Source: Gemmatimonadaceae bacterium
GTDB taxonomy: Bacteria > Gemmatimonadota > Gemmatimonadetes > Gemmatimonadales > Gemmatimonadaceae
Length of the DNA stretch: 61,785 nt
NCBI GenBank assembly: GCA_044224875.1
Contig: JBGAJQ010000026.1
Location: forward strand, 1 to 61,785
Direction of reading: 5' to 3'
Made by a program: the position numbers and the translations under genes. Shown one piece after another: positions 20,102 to 29,922 of the stretch (position 1 is the first letter of the stretch; every line of letters begins with the position of its first letter). The notes beneath the pieces were generated by a model. That model saw nothing but the letters and a program-made list of their open reading frames with translations, searched no databases and was not told the origin of the DNA.

Positions 20102-20596
20102 GTGCGTTGGCTCTATTTCGCGAATGTCTCGATCCACGTGCTGGCGGCAACCATCTGGATTGGCGGCAACCTCTTTCTGGCGCTGGTTGGCGCTCCCGTC
20201 TTGCGGACTGTGGAGCCAAGTACGCTTCGAACGGAACTCTTCAACGCGATCGGGATGCGATTCCGTTATGTGGGGTGGGCGTCCGTGGTGGTGCTCGTGG
20301 TGACAGGCGTCTTTGGCCTGTGGCAGCGTGGCTGGCTGCGTGGCGACCTCCTCTTGAGCACCAATTTCTGGGGCACACCCACGGGCACGGCGCTCGGCTG
20401 GAAGCTGGCGGGGGTCGTCTTGATGCTTGCACTGAGCGCATTGCACGATGTACTGCTGTCGCCGGCACGGGCGCAGGCGATGGAAGGCACGTCTGGGTGG
20501 CCCGTGGTTCGGCGCCGACTCGTCTTGTTGGCGCGCGCGGGCACGCTGGTGGCAATACTCGTTGTGGTGGCGGCTGTGCGGTTGGCGCGCAGCTAG
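20102..20596 (+). CDS. CopD/DUF4149-like membrane protein
   Basis: AGGAGGGAG RBS and four TM segments; 'IHVLAATIWIGG' and 'KL...LSALHD'. Confidence 0.65.
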   Translation: MRWLYFANVSIHVLAATIWIGGNLFLALVGAPVLRTVEPSTLRTELFNAIGMRFRYVGWASVVVLVVTGVFGLWQRGWLRGDLLLSTNFWGTPTGTALGWKLAGVVLMLALSALHDVLLSPARAQAMEGTSGWPVVRRRLVLLARAGTLVAILVVVAAVRLARS

Positions 20597-20621
20597 GCCT
20601 CTGACTTCTGCCGGAGAAGCT

Positions 20622-21380
20622 GTGCATCGTCACGTGCGTTTCGCGACCTTTGCGCTCGCGTTGTGTGTCAGTTCCACCGTTGCCCGGGCCCAGCTGCGAC
20701 AGACGGCGGACAACTTCAACATGTGGTTCTCGTATTACGGCGAGCTGGGGCTGCAGGGCCGTTGGGGCCTGATGTACGACTTTTCGATGCGTCGGTCCGG
20801 CCCCGTGGACGAACTCGCGGCGCTCTTTGCGCGCGCTGGGGTCACGTACGCGATTCACCCCAACGTGAGGATCGCCGCCGGAGTGAACCGCTCGGAAACG
20901 TGGCCGTACGGCGACGTCCCGATCGCCTATCGCACGCCGGAGCGCCGCCTGTGGGAGCAGCTGCAACTCACGCATGGCGCCGGACGAGTATCGTTCGCCC
21001 ACCGCTATCGCTTGGAGCAGCGGTGGCAAGGGCACAAGGATCCGCCAAGCGACGACGTCACCAATTGGGTCCGTACCGGCCGCTTCCGATACCAGGTCAA
21101 GGCTACCATCCCGTTCCAGGGAAGCACGTTGGAAGCCCATGAGTTCTATGGCACGGTGGCCGACGAACTGTTCGTCAACTTCGGTTCGAATATCCAGTAC
21201 AACGTGTACGACCAGAACCGTGCCGCGCTGTCGCTCGGGTATCGCCTCAACAAGTCCCTGCGTCTAGAGGCGGGCTACATGGAGCAGCTGGGCCTGAAGT
21301 CGAGCGGCAAGCAACTGGAAGACAACCACACCGTCATCTTCTCGATGTACACGAACTTTTCGCTCAAGAAGCCGCAATGA
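20622..21380 (+). CDS. DUF2490-family outer-membrane beta-barrel protein
   Basis: Signal peptide after GTG 20622; motifs 'ERRLWEQ', 'HRYRLEQRW', 'RFRYQ', 'DELFVNFG' and 'YDQNR'. Confidence 0.8.
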   Translation: MHRHVRFATFALALCVSSTVARAQLRQTADNFNMWFSYYGELGLQGRWGLMYDFSMRRSGPVDELAALFARAGVTYAIHPNVRIAAGVNRSETWPYGDVPIAYRTPERRLWEQLQLTHGAGRVSFAHRYRLEQRWQGHKDPPSDDVTNWVRTGRFRYQVKATIPFQGSTLEAHEFYGTVADELFVNFGSNIQYNVYDQNRAALSLGYRLNKSLRLEAGYMEQLGLKSSGKQLEDNHTVIFSMYTNFSLKKPQ

Positions 21381-23251
21381 ATATTTCGTGCTCGCGTCAC
21401 CCTTTCCCTGGAATCGGCAAGACCCTGCGGCCGTGTCGTACGCGGCTTGGTGCGAGGCGCCTTGGCCCTCGCTCTCGACCGTCAGGTGTACCGCGAGCAA
21501 CCGGTTTGCGCTCGCAACTGTTTGCGCTGGCGACCCTCGTGTTGCCCGCACCGGTGCTGGCCCAGACAGACGCCAAGTCTCCGATTCCGTCTGTGCAGCG
21601 CTTGTTCGAGGCCGTTCGCCCACGCCTGAACGGCGACACGGCCAAGGCCATGGTGGCCTATGTCGAGCAACGGTGGAGGCTGCCGGGGAACAAGGGCTTC
21701 GACGAGAGCATCGACCGAGTGGTCGATGCGCTGCGTCGTGCGGGATATGTGGACGAGTCGCGCGCCACCGCAAATGACCGCTTGACGTATCGCATCGAGA
21801 CGCACCCGCTGAAGGGCCCGACGTGGGAACCCGACTCGGCGAGCCTAACGATCGTTGGCGAGTCGTCGCCGCTCCTTGCGTTCAGCGACAACCGCAACAT
21901 GCTAACCATCAACTCCTTCTCGACACCGCCAGGTGGCGTCGAGGCCGACGTGGTCGAGTGGAAGTCGCTGGCTGACACGGCGCGCTCCCCCGCTGACTTG
22001 CGCGGACACCTGGTGTACGCCGACATGCCCGTCGCCCGGCTCTTTCAGGCCGCGGTACAAAGACGTCATGCGGCCGGCGTCATCGCCTACAGCCTCCCAC
22101 CCTACACGCATCCGGAGAAACACACCCACTCGATCCAGTTCACCAGCATCCCGTACGACAGTCTGTCGCGCTCCTTCGGCATCCTGCTTTCGGCGAGCGC
22201 CCGTGATCGGTTGCGGGCCGCGCTGGCGAAAGGCCCTGTCCGCGTCCGGGTCAAGGCGGCGACCCGCAGCTGGAACTCGATCGAGCGTACCGTCATTGCC
22301 GAAGCAAAGGGGAGCCGCGTACCTAACGAGCGGTTCGTCTTCAGCGCGCACGTGCAGGAGCCCGGAGCCAATGACAATGCGTCGGGCGTGGGAGCGCTGG
22401 CCGAAATGGCCAGGGTTCTCGCCCAACTGGTGCAGGAGAAGCGCGTGGATCCGGCGCGTACGATCACGATGTTATGGGGGAACGAGATCCAGGCCCCGCA
22501 GCGATACTTGTCGGAAAACCCGGCCCGCACCCGAGACGTGAAGTGGGGGATGAGCCTGGACATGGTTGGCGAGAACACCGCCGTAACCGGTGGCACGTTC
22601 CTCATCGAGAAGATGCCAGATCCTTCGGCGGTTTGGACGCGAGGTGAAGATCACCACACGGAGTGGGGAGGATCACCAATCGCGTTGAGCGAGGTTCGTC
22701 CCCATTACTACAATGATTTCGTGATCAATCGCTGTCGCGAGCAGGGGCGCGTCGCCGATTGGAAGGTGGACGCCAATCCCTATGAGGGAGGGAGCGACCA
22801 CGTGCCGTTCCTGCGCGCTCAAAAGCCCGGATTGCTGATGTGGCATTTCACCGACGAGTTTTATCACACGGACCAGGACCGACTGGACAAGGTGTCGGCG
22901 ACCGAGCTTGCCAACGTGGGGACGTGCGCTTTGGTGACGTCACTGACGCTCGCTTCAGCGGACGGAGGCACGGCACGGGCGATCGTCCGAGACGTGGAGG
23001 ACAGCGGCATGCGGCGTCTGGACCGCGAGTTGAAGCTGTCGCAAGACGCCTTGGCCGCTGGCGGAAAGGCGACGGACGAGGTGGCAATCCTCACGGCGTG
23101 GGGGCAATACTATCGGGACGCGTTGAAGGCGACGGATGAGATCGAAGTCGGTGGCGCGTCGGATGTTACCAAAGGCGAGATCACTGCCGCCGTCGCCCGG
23201 ATGGAACAGGCGTTGCGCGAACGGCTGGCACACATCGGCAAGTCGAATTGA
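21377..23251 (+). CDS. M28 family metallopeptidase (start uncertain)
   Basis: Motifs 'SAHVQEPGANDNASG', 'SLDMVG', 'GGSDHVPF' and 'YHTDQD'. ATGA overlap with the upstream gene. Confidence 0.85.
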   Translation: MNISCSRHPFPGIGKTLRPCRTRLGARRLGPRSRPSGVPRATGLRSQLFALATLVLPAPVLAQTDAKSPIPSVQRLFEAVRPRLNGDTAKAMVAYVEQRWRLPGNKGFDESIDRVVDALRRAGYVDESRATANDRLTYRIETHPLKGPTWEPDSASLTIVGESSPLLAFSDNRNMLTINSFSTPPGGVEADVVEWKSLADTARSPADLRGHLVYADMPVARLFQAAVQRRHAAGVIAYSLPPYTHPEKHTHSIQFTSIPYDSLSRSFGILLSASARDRLRAALAKGPVRVRVKAATRSWNSIERTVIAEAKGSRVPNERFVFSAHVQEPGANDNASGVGALAEMARVLAQLVQEKRVDPARTITMLWGNEIQAPQRYLSENPARTRDVKWGMSLDMVGENTAVTGGTFLIEKMPDPSAVWTRGEDHHTEWGGSPIALSEVRPHYYNDFVINRCREQGRVADWKVDANPYEGGSDHVPFLRAQKPGLLMWHFTDEFYHTDQDRLDKVSATELANVGTCALVTSLTLASADGGTARAIVRDVEDSGMRRLDRELKLSQDALAAGGKATDEVAILTAWGQYYRDALKATDEIEVGGASDVTKGEITAAVARMEQALRERLAHIGKSN

Positions 23252-23808
23252 GCTTCTCGATTTCTCCCGAGCGATACGCGCAAGCGGCGACGTTCCACGA
23301 CTACGTGGCGACCGCGCAAAAGAACGCGGAGCTGTGGGCGGGACTGTATCGGACCCTTCCCGTACCCGACGAGTTCGTGACGCGCGCGGCGTCGGTGCCC
23401 GGCCACTGGCATCTCCTGGTGTTGAGCGAGGACTGGTGTGGCGATGCGTTCAACAGCGTTCCGTCGCTGGCCAAGCTGGTGGAGCTGGTGCCGAGTCTGG
23501 ACCTGCGAATCCTGGCGCGCGACCAGAACCCCGACGTCATGGACGCACACCTAACGAATGGGACGCGATCGATTCCGGTGGTCATGCTGCTTGACGAGCA
23601 ATTTCAGGAGGTTGGCTGGTGGGGACCTCGACCGGCGGCGCTGCAGCGCTGGATGCTGGAGGAGGGGCTGCAGCTTCCCAAGGATGAACGAAACAAGCTG
23701 AAGCGGCAGTGGTACGCGCGGGATCGCGGGCGCTCCCTTCTCGACGAAGTGGTCAGCATGCTGGAGCGGACGGGGAGCCCAGACGGGTTACCGGCAGCCC
23801 ATTCCTAG
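23248..23808 (+). CDS. Thioredoxin-fold protein (Thioredoxin_9-like, WCGD motif)
   Basis: Motifs 'LSEDWCGDA', 'TNGTRSIPV' and 'WGPRP'. Confidence 0.85.
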   Translation: MSFSISPERYAQAATFHDYVATAQKNAELWAGLYRTLPVPDEFVTRAASVPGHWHLLVLSEDWCGDAFNSVPSLAKLVELVPSLDLRILARDQNPDVMDAHLTNGTRSIPVVMLLDEQFQEVGWWGPRPAALQRWMLEEGLQLPKDERNKLKRQWYARDRGRSLLDEVVSMLERTGSPDGLPAAHS

Positions 23809-23901
23809 GGAAATTCGGGGATGTCCCCGAGCGAGCCGGCCGTTATGTTTTACGGGCAACTCGGCTCGAGGCCGAGGGAAACCACGGGAATAGAGGGCGC
23901 A

Positions 23902-24069
23902 ATGGCGGATCGTCGGATCGAAGGCAATTTCTCGCAAGGCTGGGGGGTCGCGGCCTTCATCACCCTGCTCGCGGTAGGGGCCTTCACCCTTGCGGGTGTT
24001 ATCAAGAAGACGACGTATCACTCGCCTAACGACACGATGGCGCCAGCGGCGCAGGCGGAGTCGCACTAG
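23902..24069 (+). CDS. Small single-pass membrane protein (55 aa)
   Basis: GAGG RBS before ATG 23902; one hydrophobic helix (WGVAAFITLLAVGAFTLAGVI). Confidence 0.55.
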   Translation: MADRRIEGNFSQGWGVAAFITLLAVGAFTLAGVIKKTTYHSPNDTMAPAAQAESH

Positions 24070-24148
24070 GCCTGCCGGCGGGGCAGGGCGGTGAAATGGC
24101 AGGGGTGCGGCATTCCGGTATGGCTCACATCACGTTGGAAACCTCACC

Positions 24149-24646
24149 ATGATGTATCGTTGGTTGGCGCTGGTCGCCCTGATGGCTCCCCTCATGCTAC
24201 CGGCGCAGATCATGCCCGCCCGCGTCATTCGCCGCGGCGGCGGTGTGGCGATGTCCGATGGAGAGCCGATCTCCTTCTTCCTGGAGCACAGCCGCGAGAT
24301 TGAGCTGACGGACGCCCAGCGGGACACCATGATGGCGATCCGCCGTCGCCTGCGGGTGCAGAACCAACCGTGGACGCGCCAGCTCGACTCCCTCCGCGAC
24401 GCACTGGGGATAGACCTCGAGTCCCCCGGGCGCATCAGCGACAAGGAGCGCGAGCGCTTCGAACGATTTCAGAAGCTCTCCGCGCCGATCGCAGATTCCA
24501 TGCGCGTCAACAACGATGCCGCACGAGCCGAGGCGTGGGCGATGCTGGCGGATAACCAGCGAAGGAAAGTGGACTCGCTCGTGAAGGAAGACAGGGAAGG
24601 GAGGGGCCGAGATCGGCGCGGCCCGCCGCGACAACCAGACTTCTGA
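24149..24646 (+). CDS. Secreted helical protein, Spy/CpxP-like
   Basis: Signal peptide and two LTxxQ-like motifs (LTDAQ, LADNQ). Confidence 0.6.
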   Translation: MMYRWLALVALMAPLMLPAQIMPARVIRRGGGVAMSDGEPISFFLEHSREIELTDAQRDTMMAIRRRLRVQNQPWTRQLDSLRDALGIDLESPGRISDKERERFERFQKLSAPIADSMRVNNDAARAEAWAMLADNQRRKVDSLVKEDREGRGRDRRGPPRQPDF

Positions 24647-24663
24647 GCGCCGACGAACCCGGC

Positions 24664-25440
24664 ATGGCCGCGACGTTTGTCGAGCCGGGCGACCGGGCGC
24701 CGCGCCGGCGTGCTCGTGTAACTCCGCCTCGCGTCCGCCGGATCAAGACGGCGGTCAGACTCTCGGCGATTTCGATCGTGGGTCTGGGAGCGCTGGCCGG
24801 CGTAGCAACCCTCCTCTACCTGAATCGGGGTGACGCCGAGGGGTCAGCACGAATCGCCAATCGCGAACTCGACCTCCTGCTATCGCGCGGCGAGACCGTC
24901 GAACAACGCGTGTTGGTGCAGCGACGGCGCTGGTACGACTACTTCCGCGTGACGCATGGCGTGTTGGCGGCAACCGATCGCCGACTGCTCTATGTGGGGA
25001 TACCGCCGGAGGACCTCCTGCCGCGTGAGCACGAACCGTTGGAGCTGGATCAGTTCTTCCTGCCATACGATCGCGCCATGGACGTCGCCCGCACCCGAGG
25101 GTTTGCCGGGGCACTACAGGGCGTACGTCTCTGGTCCGGAAGCCGGAGCCTGGTGCTGGGGGTGACGGCCCTGAACGAGCAACGCTTGGACTCCACACTG
25201 TCCGTGGTAGCACGTCGGTTGGGTGAACTTCGGGCTGCCGCGGATGCCGAGCGACGGGCGGTGGAAGCCGCGACCGCGGCGTCACGCCGCGCCATCTATC
25301 ATCTGGTGCAACCAGGTGAGGCCTTGGCGTCGATCGCCACGCGGTACGGGACGTCGGTAGACTCGTTGCGCGTGTGGAATCAGCTCTCGACGGACCGAAT
25401 CTCGTCCGGCAAGCGCCTGCTCGTCAGGCCCGCCCAATGA
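24664..25440 (+). CDS. Membrane-anchored LysM domain protein
   Basis: N-terminal TM; C-terminal LysM 'YHLVQPGEALASIATRYGTSVDSLRVWNQLSTDRISSGKRLLV'. Confidence 0.8.
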   Translation: MAATFVEPGDRAPRRRARVTPPRVRRIKTAVRLSAISIVGLGALAGVATLLYLNRGDAEGSARIANRELDLLLSRGETVEQRVLVQRRRWYDYFRVTHGVLAATDRRLLYVGIPPEDLLPREHEPLELDQFFLPYDRAMDVARTRGFAGALQGVRLWSGSRSLVLGVTALNEQRLDSTLSVVARRLGELRAAADAERRAVEAATAASRRAIYHLVQPGEALASIATRYGTSVDSLRVWNQLSTDRISSGKRLLVRPAQ

Positions 25441-26084
25441 CCGAACACCGACTCGAGACCACACGCCGTGCGAGGTATTACTCGTTAGGTGGTGACGGAC
25501 ACGTCACGAGCGTCTGGATTGTGTGCCACGGATTCGGGCAGCTCGGCGCCACCTTCGTCCAGGCGTTCGACGGTGTGGCGACGGCCGAACGGCGCATCGT
25601 CGCTCCCGAGGCACTCAATCGCTTCTACCTCACGACCGATGCCGATGGGTCGCACGCGACCGCCCGCGTCGGCACCACCTGGATGACTCGCGAGGACCGC
25701 GATGCCGACATCGCTGACTACGTCGATTTCCTGGATGCGGTCCACCGGCAAGTAGTGCCCGCCGGAGCGTCCGTCACGGCTCTCGGCTTCTCTCAGGGCG
25801 CCGCTACGGTGGCGCGATGGGCCGTCCTGGGGAAGTCATCCGTGGATCGCCTGATCCTGTGGGCCGGTCAGTTGCCACCCGACGTGGACCCCGGTGTGTT
25901 GCATCGCCGACTGGTCGCGCCTGTCACCCTCGTCTGTGGAGACGAGGACGAGCATCGTTCGTGGGTGCAGCAGGAGAGTGGGCGCCAGCGGTTGGAGATG
26001 GCGGGGCTGAAGGTGGAGGAACGCGTGTTCAGGGGAGGGCACCGGCTGGATCGCGATACCTTGGCCACCTTGGCGCGAAGCTAG
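25437..26084 (+). CDS. Phospholipase/carboxylesterase (alpha/beta hydrolase)
   Basis: 'VCHGFGQ', nucleophile GFSQG and 'FRGGH'. ATGA overlap with the LysM gene. Confidence 0.85.
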   Translation: MTEHRLETTRRARYYSLGGDGHVTSVWIVCHGFGQLGATFVQAFDGVATAERRIVAPEALNRFYLTTDADGSHATARVGTTWMTREDRDADIADYVDFLDAVHRQVVPAGASVTALGFSQGAATVARWAVLGKSSVDRLILWAGQLPPDVDPGVLHRRLVAPVTLVCGDEDEHRSWVQQESGRQRLEMAGLKVEERVFRGGHRLDRDTLATLARS

Positions 26085-26479
26085 TCGCCCCGCTTCCGAA
26101 AGCGATCGATTTCTCGTCGATCCTTCTTGCTGGGTTTTCCCCTGAACGCCGGCGGGCCTAACGCCTTCAGCTGCAACGCCAGGGCCTCGCGGGCCGATCG
26201 GCTCTCCGGCAGCTCATCGTACATCGTGGCGGCGATCGCCCCCGATCCCCGCTGCTCCGTGAGCCGGCGGACCACGACCACGTGCGCGAAAGGTGGCTTT
26301 CGCACTTCAATCCGGTCGCCGACGTGGACTTGTCGCGCGCGCTTGCCCCGCTCCTCGTTCACGTCCACCTTTCCGCCGTCAATCGCTTCAGCAGCAAGCG
26401 AACGCGTCTTGAAAAACCGGGCCGCCCACAACCACTTGTCCAGCCGTTCGGCGGCGATTGAGTCAGGACGCTCAGTCAT
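26081..26479 (-). CDS. hslR: Ribosome-associated heat shock protein Hsp15 (S4 domain)
   Basis: 'RLDKWLWAARFFKTRSLA' and C-terminal 'GKPSKKDRR'. Confidence 0.92.
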   Translation of the reverse strand: MTERPDSIAAERLDKWLWAARFFKTRSLAAEAIDGGKVDVNEERGKRARQVHVGDRIEVRKPPFAHVVVVRRLTEQRGSGAIAATMYDELPESRSAREALALQLKALGPPAFRGKPSKKDRREIDRFRKRGD

Positions 26480-26536
26480 CTGTCGGCTCGCTTTCGTGAG
26501 GTACGTCACCACGTAATCGATTGCTCTGCTCGAAAT

Positions 26537-28231
26537 TTGACGAGCACAACGGGACGACGCGACGGGTGGACGGTGACGGTCGGCGCTCCGACCTCGCCCC
26601 CGGGGGAACACTCTACCGAGTTCTCTTTGCTTCACGATCCTCATCCCGAATCTGCCTCTCGGGCTGCCGACGCTCCGTTGCCCCGCAGTGCCATTGCTGG
26701 CGCTCACGGTGACCGGCGTTTCCGTGCCTTGGTCGAGTACGCTTCGGACGCGATTGCGCTGGTTGGCCCGGAGGGGACGCTCCGGTATGTCAATCCTGCG
26801 AGCCGGCATGTCCTTGGATATCCGTCGGATGAACTGATTGGCAGCAATCTGTTCACCTATGTGCACGAAGACGACCGGGATGCCTTAGCGACGGCGTTTC
26901 ATTCTGTCGTGGCGGGCGGACGCGGACACCACTTGGATCTCGCGTTTCGCAGTCAGACGCGAGCCGGGTTCTGGCGGCTGCACGACGCCACCTTGCAGAA
27001 CCTGCTCGATGAGCCGGACGTCGCCGCGATCGTGCTCACCGCGCGCCCGTTCGACAGTGCCGAGGACGTGCTGGAGCGCCTCAACCAATCGCAGCGCATC
27101 GAAGGCATTGCGCGCTTGGCCGGTGGAGTGGCGCACGACTACAACAACCTCCTCACCGTCGTTACGGCAAACGCGCAGATGCTCCTGGGATCCAGCGGCT
27201 TGGACGAGGACAGCCGAGGGGCCATCGAAGACATCGAGGTTGCAGCTGGTCGGGCGGCGGATCTCACCCGACAACTCCTGGCGTTCAGCCGACAACAGAT
27301 TTTCCGGTTGGAACCGGTGGCCCTGGACGCCCAGCTGCGCGAGCTGGAACCAAGAATCCGTGCCCTGCTGGGGGCCGACATCGACCTGGTTGTCGACGTC
27401 GACACCGGCGGGTGCGTGGTATTTGCCGACGGCCGACAGCTGCAATACGTGATCCTCAACCTCGTCCAGAATGCGTGCGAGGCGATGCCCCATGGCGGGC
27501 ACTTGCGCATCGAGTGTGGTGCCCTGACGGTGACTGCGGAACAGGCCGCGCGCCATGCGCCCATGACCCCCGGTGCGTATGTCCGGCTGCGGGTGTCCGA
27601 CACGGGCGTCGGGATGGATGCTGCGACTCGGGCGCGTGCCTTCGAGCCCTTCTTCACAACGAAAGAGCGAGGCAAGGGGACGGGGCTCGGCTTGGCGATG
27701 GCCTACGGTATCGTGAAGCAGTCCGGTGGGTTCATTTGGGTAGATTCGGTGCCGGGTTCGGGGAGTGCGTTCACGGTGTACTTGCCCGCGGCTTCGGCCA
27801 GCGACGCCGCGCGTCGCACCGAGCGTCCGACGCCGCCCGCCAACGGTCTGGTGCGCGCCCGCGTGCTTGTGGTCGAAGACGAGGAACTCGTCCGCCGCAT
27901 GGCACAGCGAACACTGGAGCGCGTCGGATACCACGTCACTACTGCGCGTAGTGCGGAGGAGGCGCTCGACCTGGTACGGGGAGGGTTGCCGCCCTTCGAC
28001 CTGTTGCTGACCGACATCGTGATGCCCGGCATGAACGGCCGGGACCTGGCACGCACCATCGCCAACGAACGTCCGGGAATTCGTGTGCTGCTGATGTCTG
28101 GCTACGCACACTTCCGGGCGCTGTTCGAGCGTCAGGCGGACGACACGCCATTCCTGCAGAAGCCCTTCACCGTGGAGCAGCTGCTCACCCGAGTCCGCGA
28201 AGTGCTCGCGGCCGAGGTCGCGGTTCCGTAG
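26537..28231 (+). CDS. PAS-domain hybrid sensor histidine kinase with receiver domain (start uncertain)
   Basis: PAS 'FRALVEYASDAI', H-box 'GGVAHDYNNLL', 'FEPFFTTK..GKGTGLGL', and receiver 'VLVVEDE...LLLTDIVMPGMNG...KPF'. Confidence 0.9.
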   Translation: MTSTTGRRDGWTVTVGAPTSPPGEHSTEFSLLHDPHPESASRAADAPLPRSAIAGAHGDRRFRALVEYASDAIALVGPEGTLRYVNPASRHVLGYPSDELIGSNLFTYVHEDDRDALATAFHSVVAGGRGHHLDLAFRSQTRAGFWRLHDATLQNLLDEPDVAAIVLTARPFDSAEDVLERLNQSQRIEGIARLAGGVAHDYNNLLTVVTANAQMLLGSSGLDEDSRGAIEDIEVAAGRAADLTRQLLAFSRQQIFRLEPVALDAQLRELEPRIRALLGADIDLVVDVDTGGCVVFADGRQLQYVILNLVQNACEAMPHGGHLRIECGALTVTAEQAARHAPMTPGAYVRLRVSDTGVGMDAATRARAFEPFFTTKERGKGTGLGLAMAYGIVKQSGGFIWVDSVPGSGSAFTVYLPAASASDAARRTERPTPPANGLVRARVLVVEDEELVRRMAQRTLERVGYHVTTARSAEEALDLVRGGLPPFDLLLTDIVMPGMNGRDLARTIANERPGIRVLLMSGYAHFRALFERQADDTPFLQKPFTVEQLLTRVREVLAAEVAVP

Positions 28232-28479
28232 CGTCACTCTCCAATCCATTGGGGCTCGGCTGACGTAGCTTGGATGACGACCACCATCCATCCAGTACGC
28301 CGCAGTGATGAACTCCCCCCATGCACATCGCCCGTTCGATTCTCGGAGCTCGCAGGGAGCGCGACGCTTGCGCATCCGCGATTGAGCCCTCGCGTGTCAC
28401 GGGCGTTCGGGGAATCGTTGCGTCGCGGCGGCAGCGGAGGCAAGTTGGGAGCGCATTCACTCTTCGACCACCGCAACCG

Positions 28480-29088
28480 ATGGCGATGACGCCTGCGCCG
28501 CCAACGACCGCCCCACCGGAACACGCGCTCGTATCCCGGCTGATCGCGGGCGACGAGCGAGCGCTCGGCGAACTTTACGACCGCTTTGGTGGCATGGCGT
28601 ATTCACTGGCGTGCGCGATCGTGCCGGATGCCGCGGACGCGGAGGAGGTCGTTGCCGAGGCGTTCGCGCAGATGTGGCGGTCAGCCACCTCATTCGATCC
28701 GTCGCGCGGCAATGTGATGGCGTGGCTCACGATGATCGTACGATCACGCGCGTTGGACCTCGTGCGTTCGCAGCGGCGCCGCGCCCGCGCGTTGGACGAG
28801 GCCGTTTCGTTGAGTGACGAGAGCGAGGCGCCCGGCATGTCCACCGGGGTGAGCGAGGCTGACCGGGGCGTTGAGTTATCCGAGGCACAAGTCATGGTGC
28901 GACGGTCGTTGGGTTCCCTGCCGGCGGCACAACGCACCGTCCTCGAATTGGCGTATTTTGGCGGTTTGTCACAGAGCGAAATCGCCGAGCGCTTGAATGA
29001 GCCGTTAGGCACCGTGAAGACGCGCATGCGGGCCGGGATGGAGAAGCTGCGACAGCAGCTTCGTCCTCTGATGGAGATGCCCTCGTGA
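28480..29088 (+). CDS. ECF sigma-70 factor (SigK-like)
   Basis: 'DAEEVVAEAF', 'WLTMIVRSRALD' and region 4 'LAYFGGLSQSEIAERLNEPLGTVKTRMR'. Confidence 0.92.
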   Translation: MAMTPAPPTTAPPEHALVSRLIAGDERALGELYDRFGGMAYSLACAIVPDAADAEEVVAEAFAQMWRSATSFDPSRGNVMAWLTMIVRSRALDLVRSQRRRARALDEAVSLSDESEAPGMSTGVSEADRGVELSEAQVMVRRSLGSLPAAQRTVLELAYFGGLSQSEIAERLNEPLGTVKTRMRAGMEKLRQQLRPLMEMPS

Positions 29089-29918
29089 TTTCCAGCGACC
29101 GGATGGAACAGGCGACGGCATATGTCCTTGGTGCACTGGAAGACGAGGAGCGGCTCTCGTTTGAGCTGGCGCTCCATGGCTCGTCGGAACTGCAGCGCGA
29201 GGTGGCGGAATTGCGGGAGGTTGCCGGGTTGGTGGCCCTGGCGGTGCGGCCAGTCGCGCCACCGGCGTCACTCCGCGAGCGTATAGTATCCGATGCGCGC
29301 GCCGTGCGACCCATCGCTCCACGCTTGGCCGAAGCGGCACAACGTCGCGAGCCTTCTCCTCCGGCGCCACTTCGGGCGGTGACCAGGGACGCCGTGCGTC
29401 CCGGATGGAAGCTGTCGCAGATGCTGGGCTGGGTGGCGGTTGCCGCCTCACTCGTCGGCGTGGTGGTGGCGCAAAATCGCTACCGCGAACAGTCCGGCCG
29501 AGTGCGTGACCTCACCGCCGCCAACTCCGAGTTGCGCACACAGCTGAGTGCACGCGACTCGCTCCTTGGTGTGGTGCTCGGACCGCAGGTGGAAACGATC
29601 CGGCTGTCCGCGTCAGGCGCTCCGCCGTCGGCGCGCATGTTCTGGAATCGTGGATCCCGCGAAGTGGTGCTGGTGGCGTTCGCCCTGCCAAACGCGCCGT
29701 CGGGCCGCACCTATCAGCTGTGGGCCATTGCCAAGGGCAAGTCTCCGGTCTCGCTCGGAACCTTCAATACGACCGCCGCCGGCGAGGGGCACCTGACGGT
29801 GAAGATCCCCGAGGGACTGGAGATCGCCACCGGTGCTGTGACCGAGGAGCCCGCCGGCGGTTCGTCGCAGCCGACGAGCACGCCCATTCTCGTGGGGAAC
29901 CTGACGGCTGGTTCCTGA
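29085..29918 (+). CDS. Anti-sigma factor (RskA-like)
   Basis: 'AYVLGAL' N-terminus, a TM helix, 'TYQLWAI' and 'AVTEEPAGGS..PT'; coupled to the sigma gene. Confidence 0.88.
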   Translation: MISSDRMEQATAYVLGALEDEERLSFELALHGSSELQREVAELREVAGLVALAVRPVAPPASLRERIVSDARAVRPIAPRLAEAAQRREPSPPAPLRAVTRDAVRPGWKLSQMLGWVAVAASLVGVVVAQNRYREQSGRVRDLTAANSELRTQLSARDSLLGVVLGPQVETIRLSASGAPPSARMFWNRGSREVVLVAFALPNAPSGRTYQLWAIAKGKSPVSLGTFNTTAAGEGHLTVKIPEGLEIATGAVTEEPAGGSSQPTSTPILVGNLTAGS

Positions 29919-29922
29919 TCGC

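Noticed and set aside
23248..23808. Thioredoxin with a single active-site Cys (WCGDA)
   Set aside because: WCGD is the usual motif of this thioredoxin-like family, so it is not unusual.
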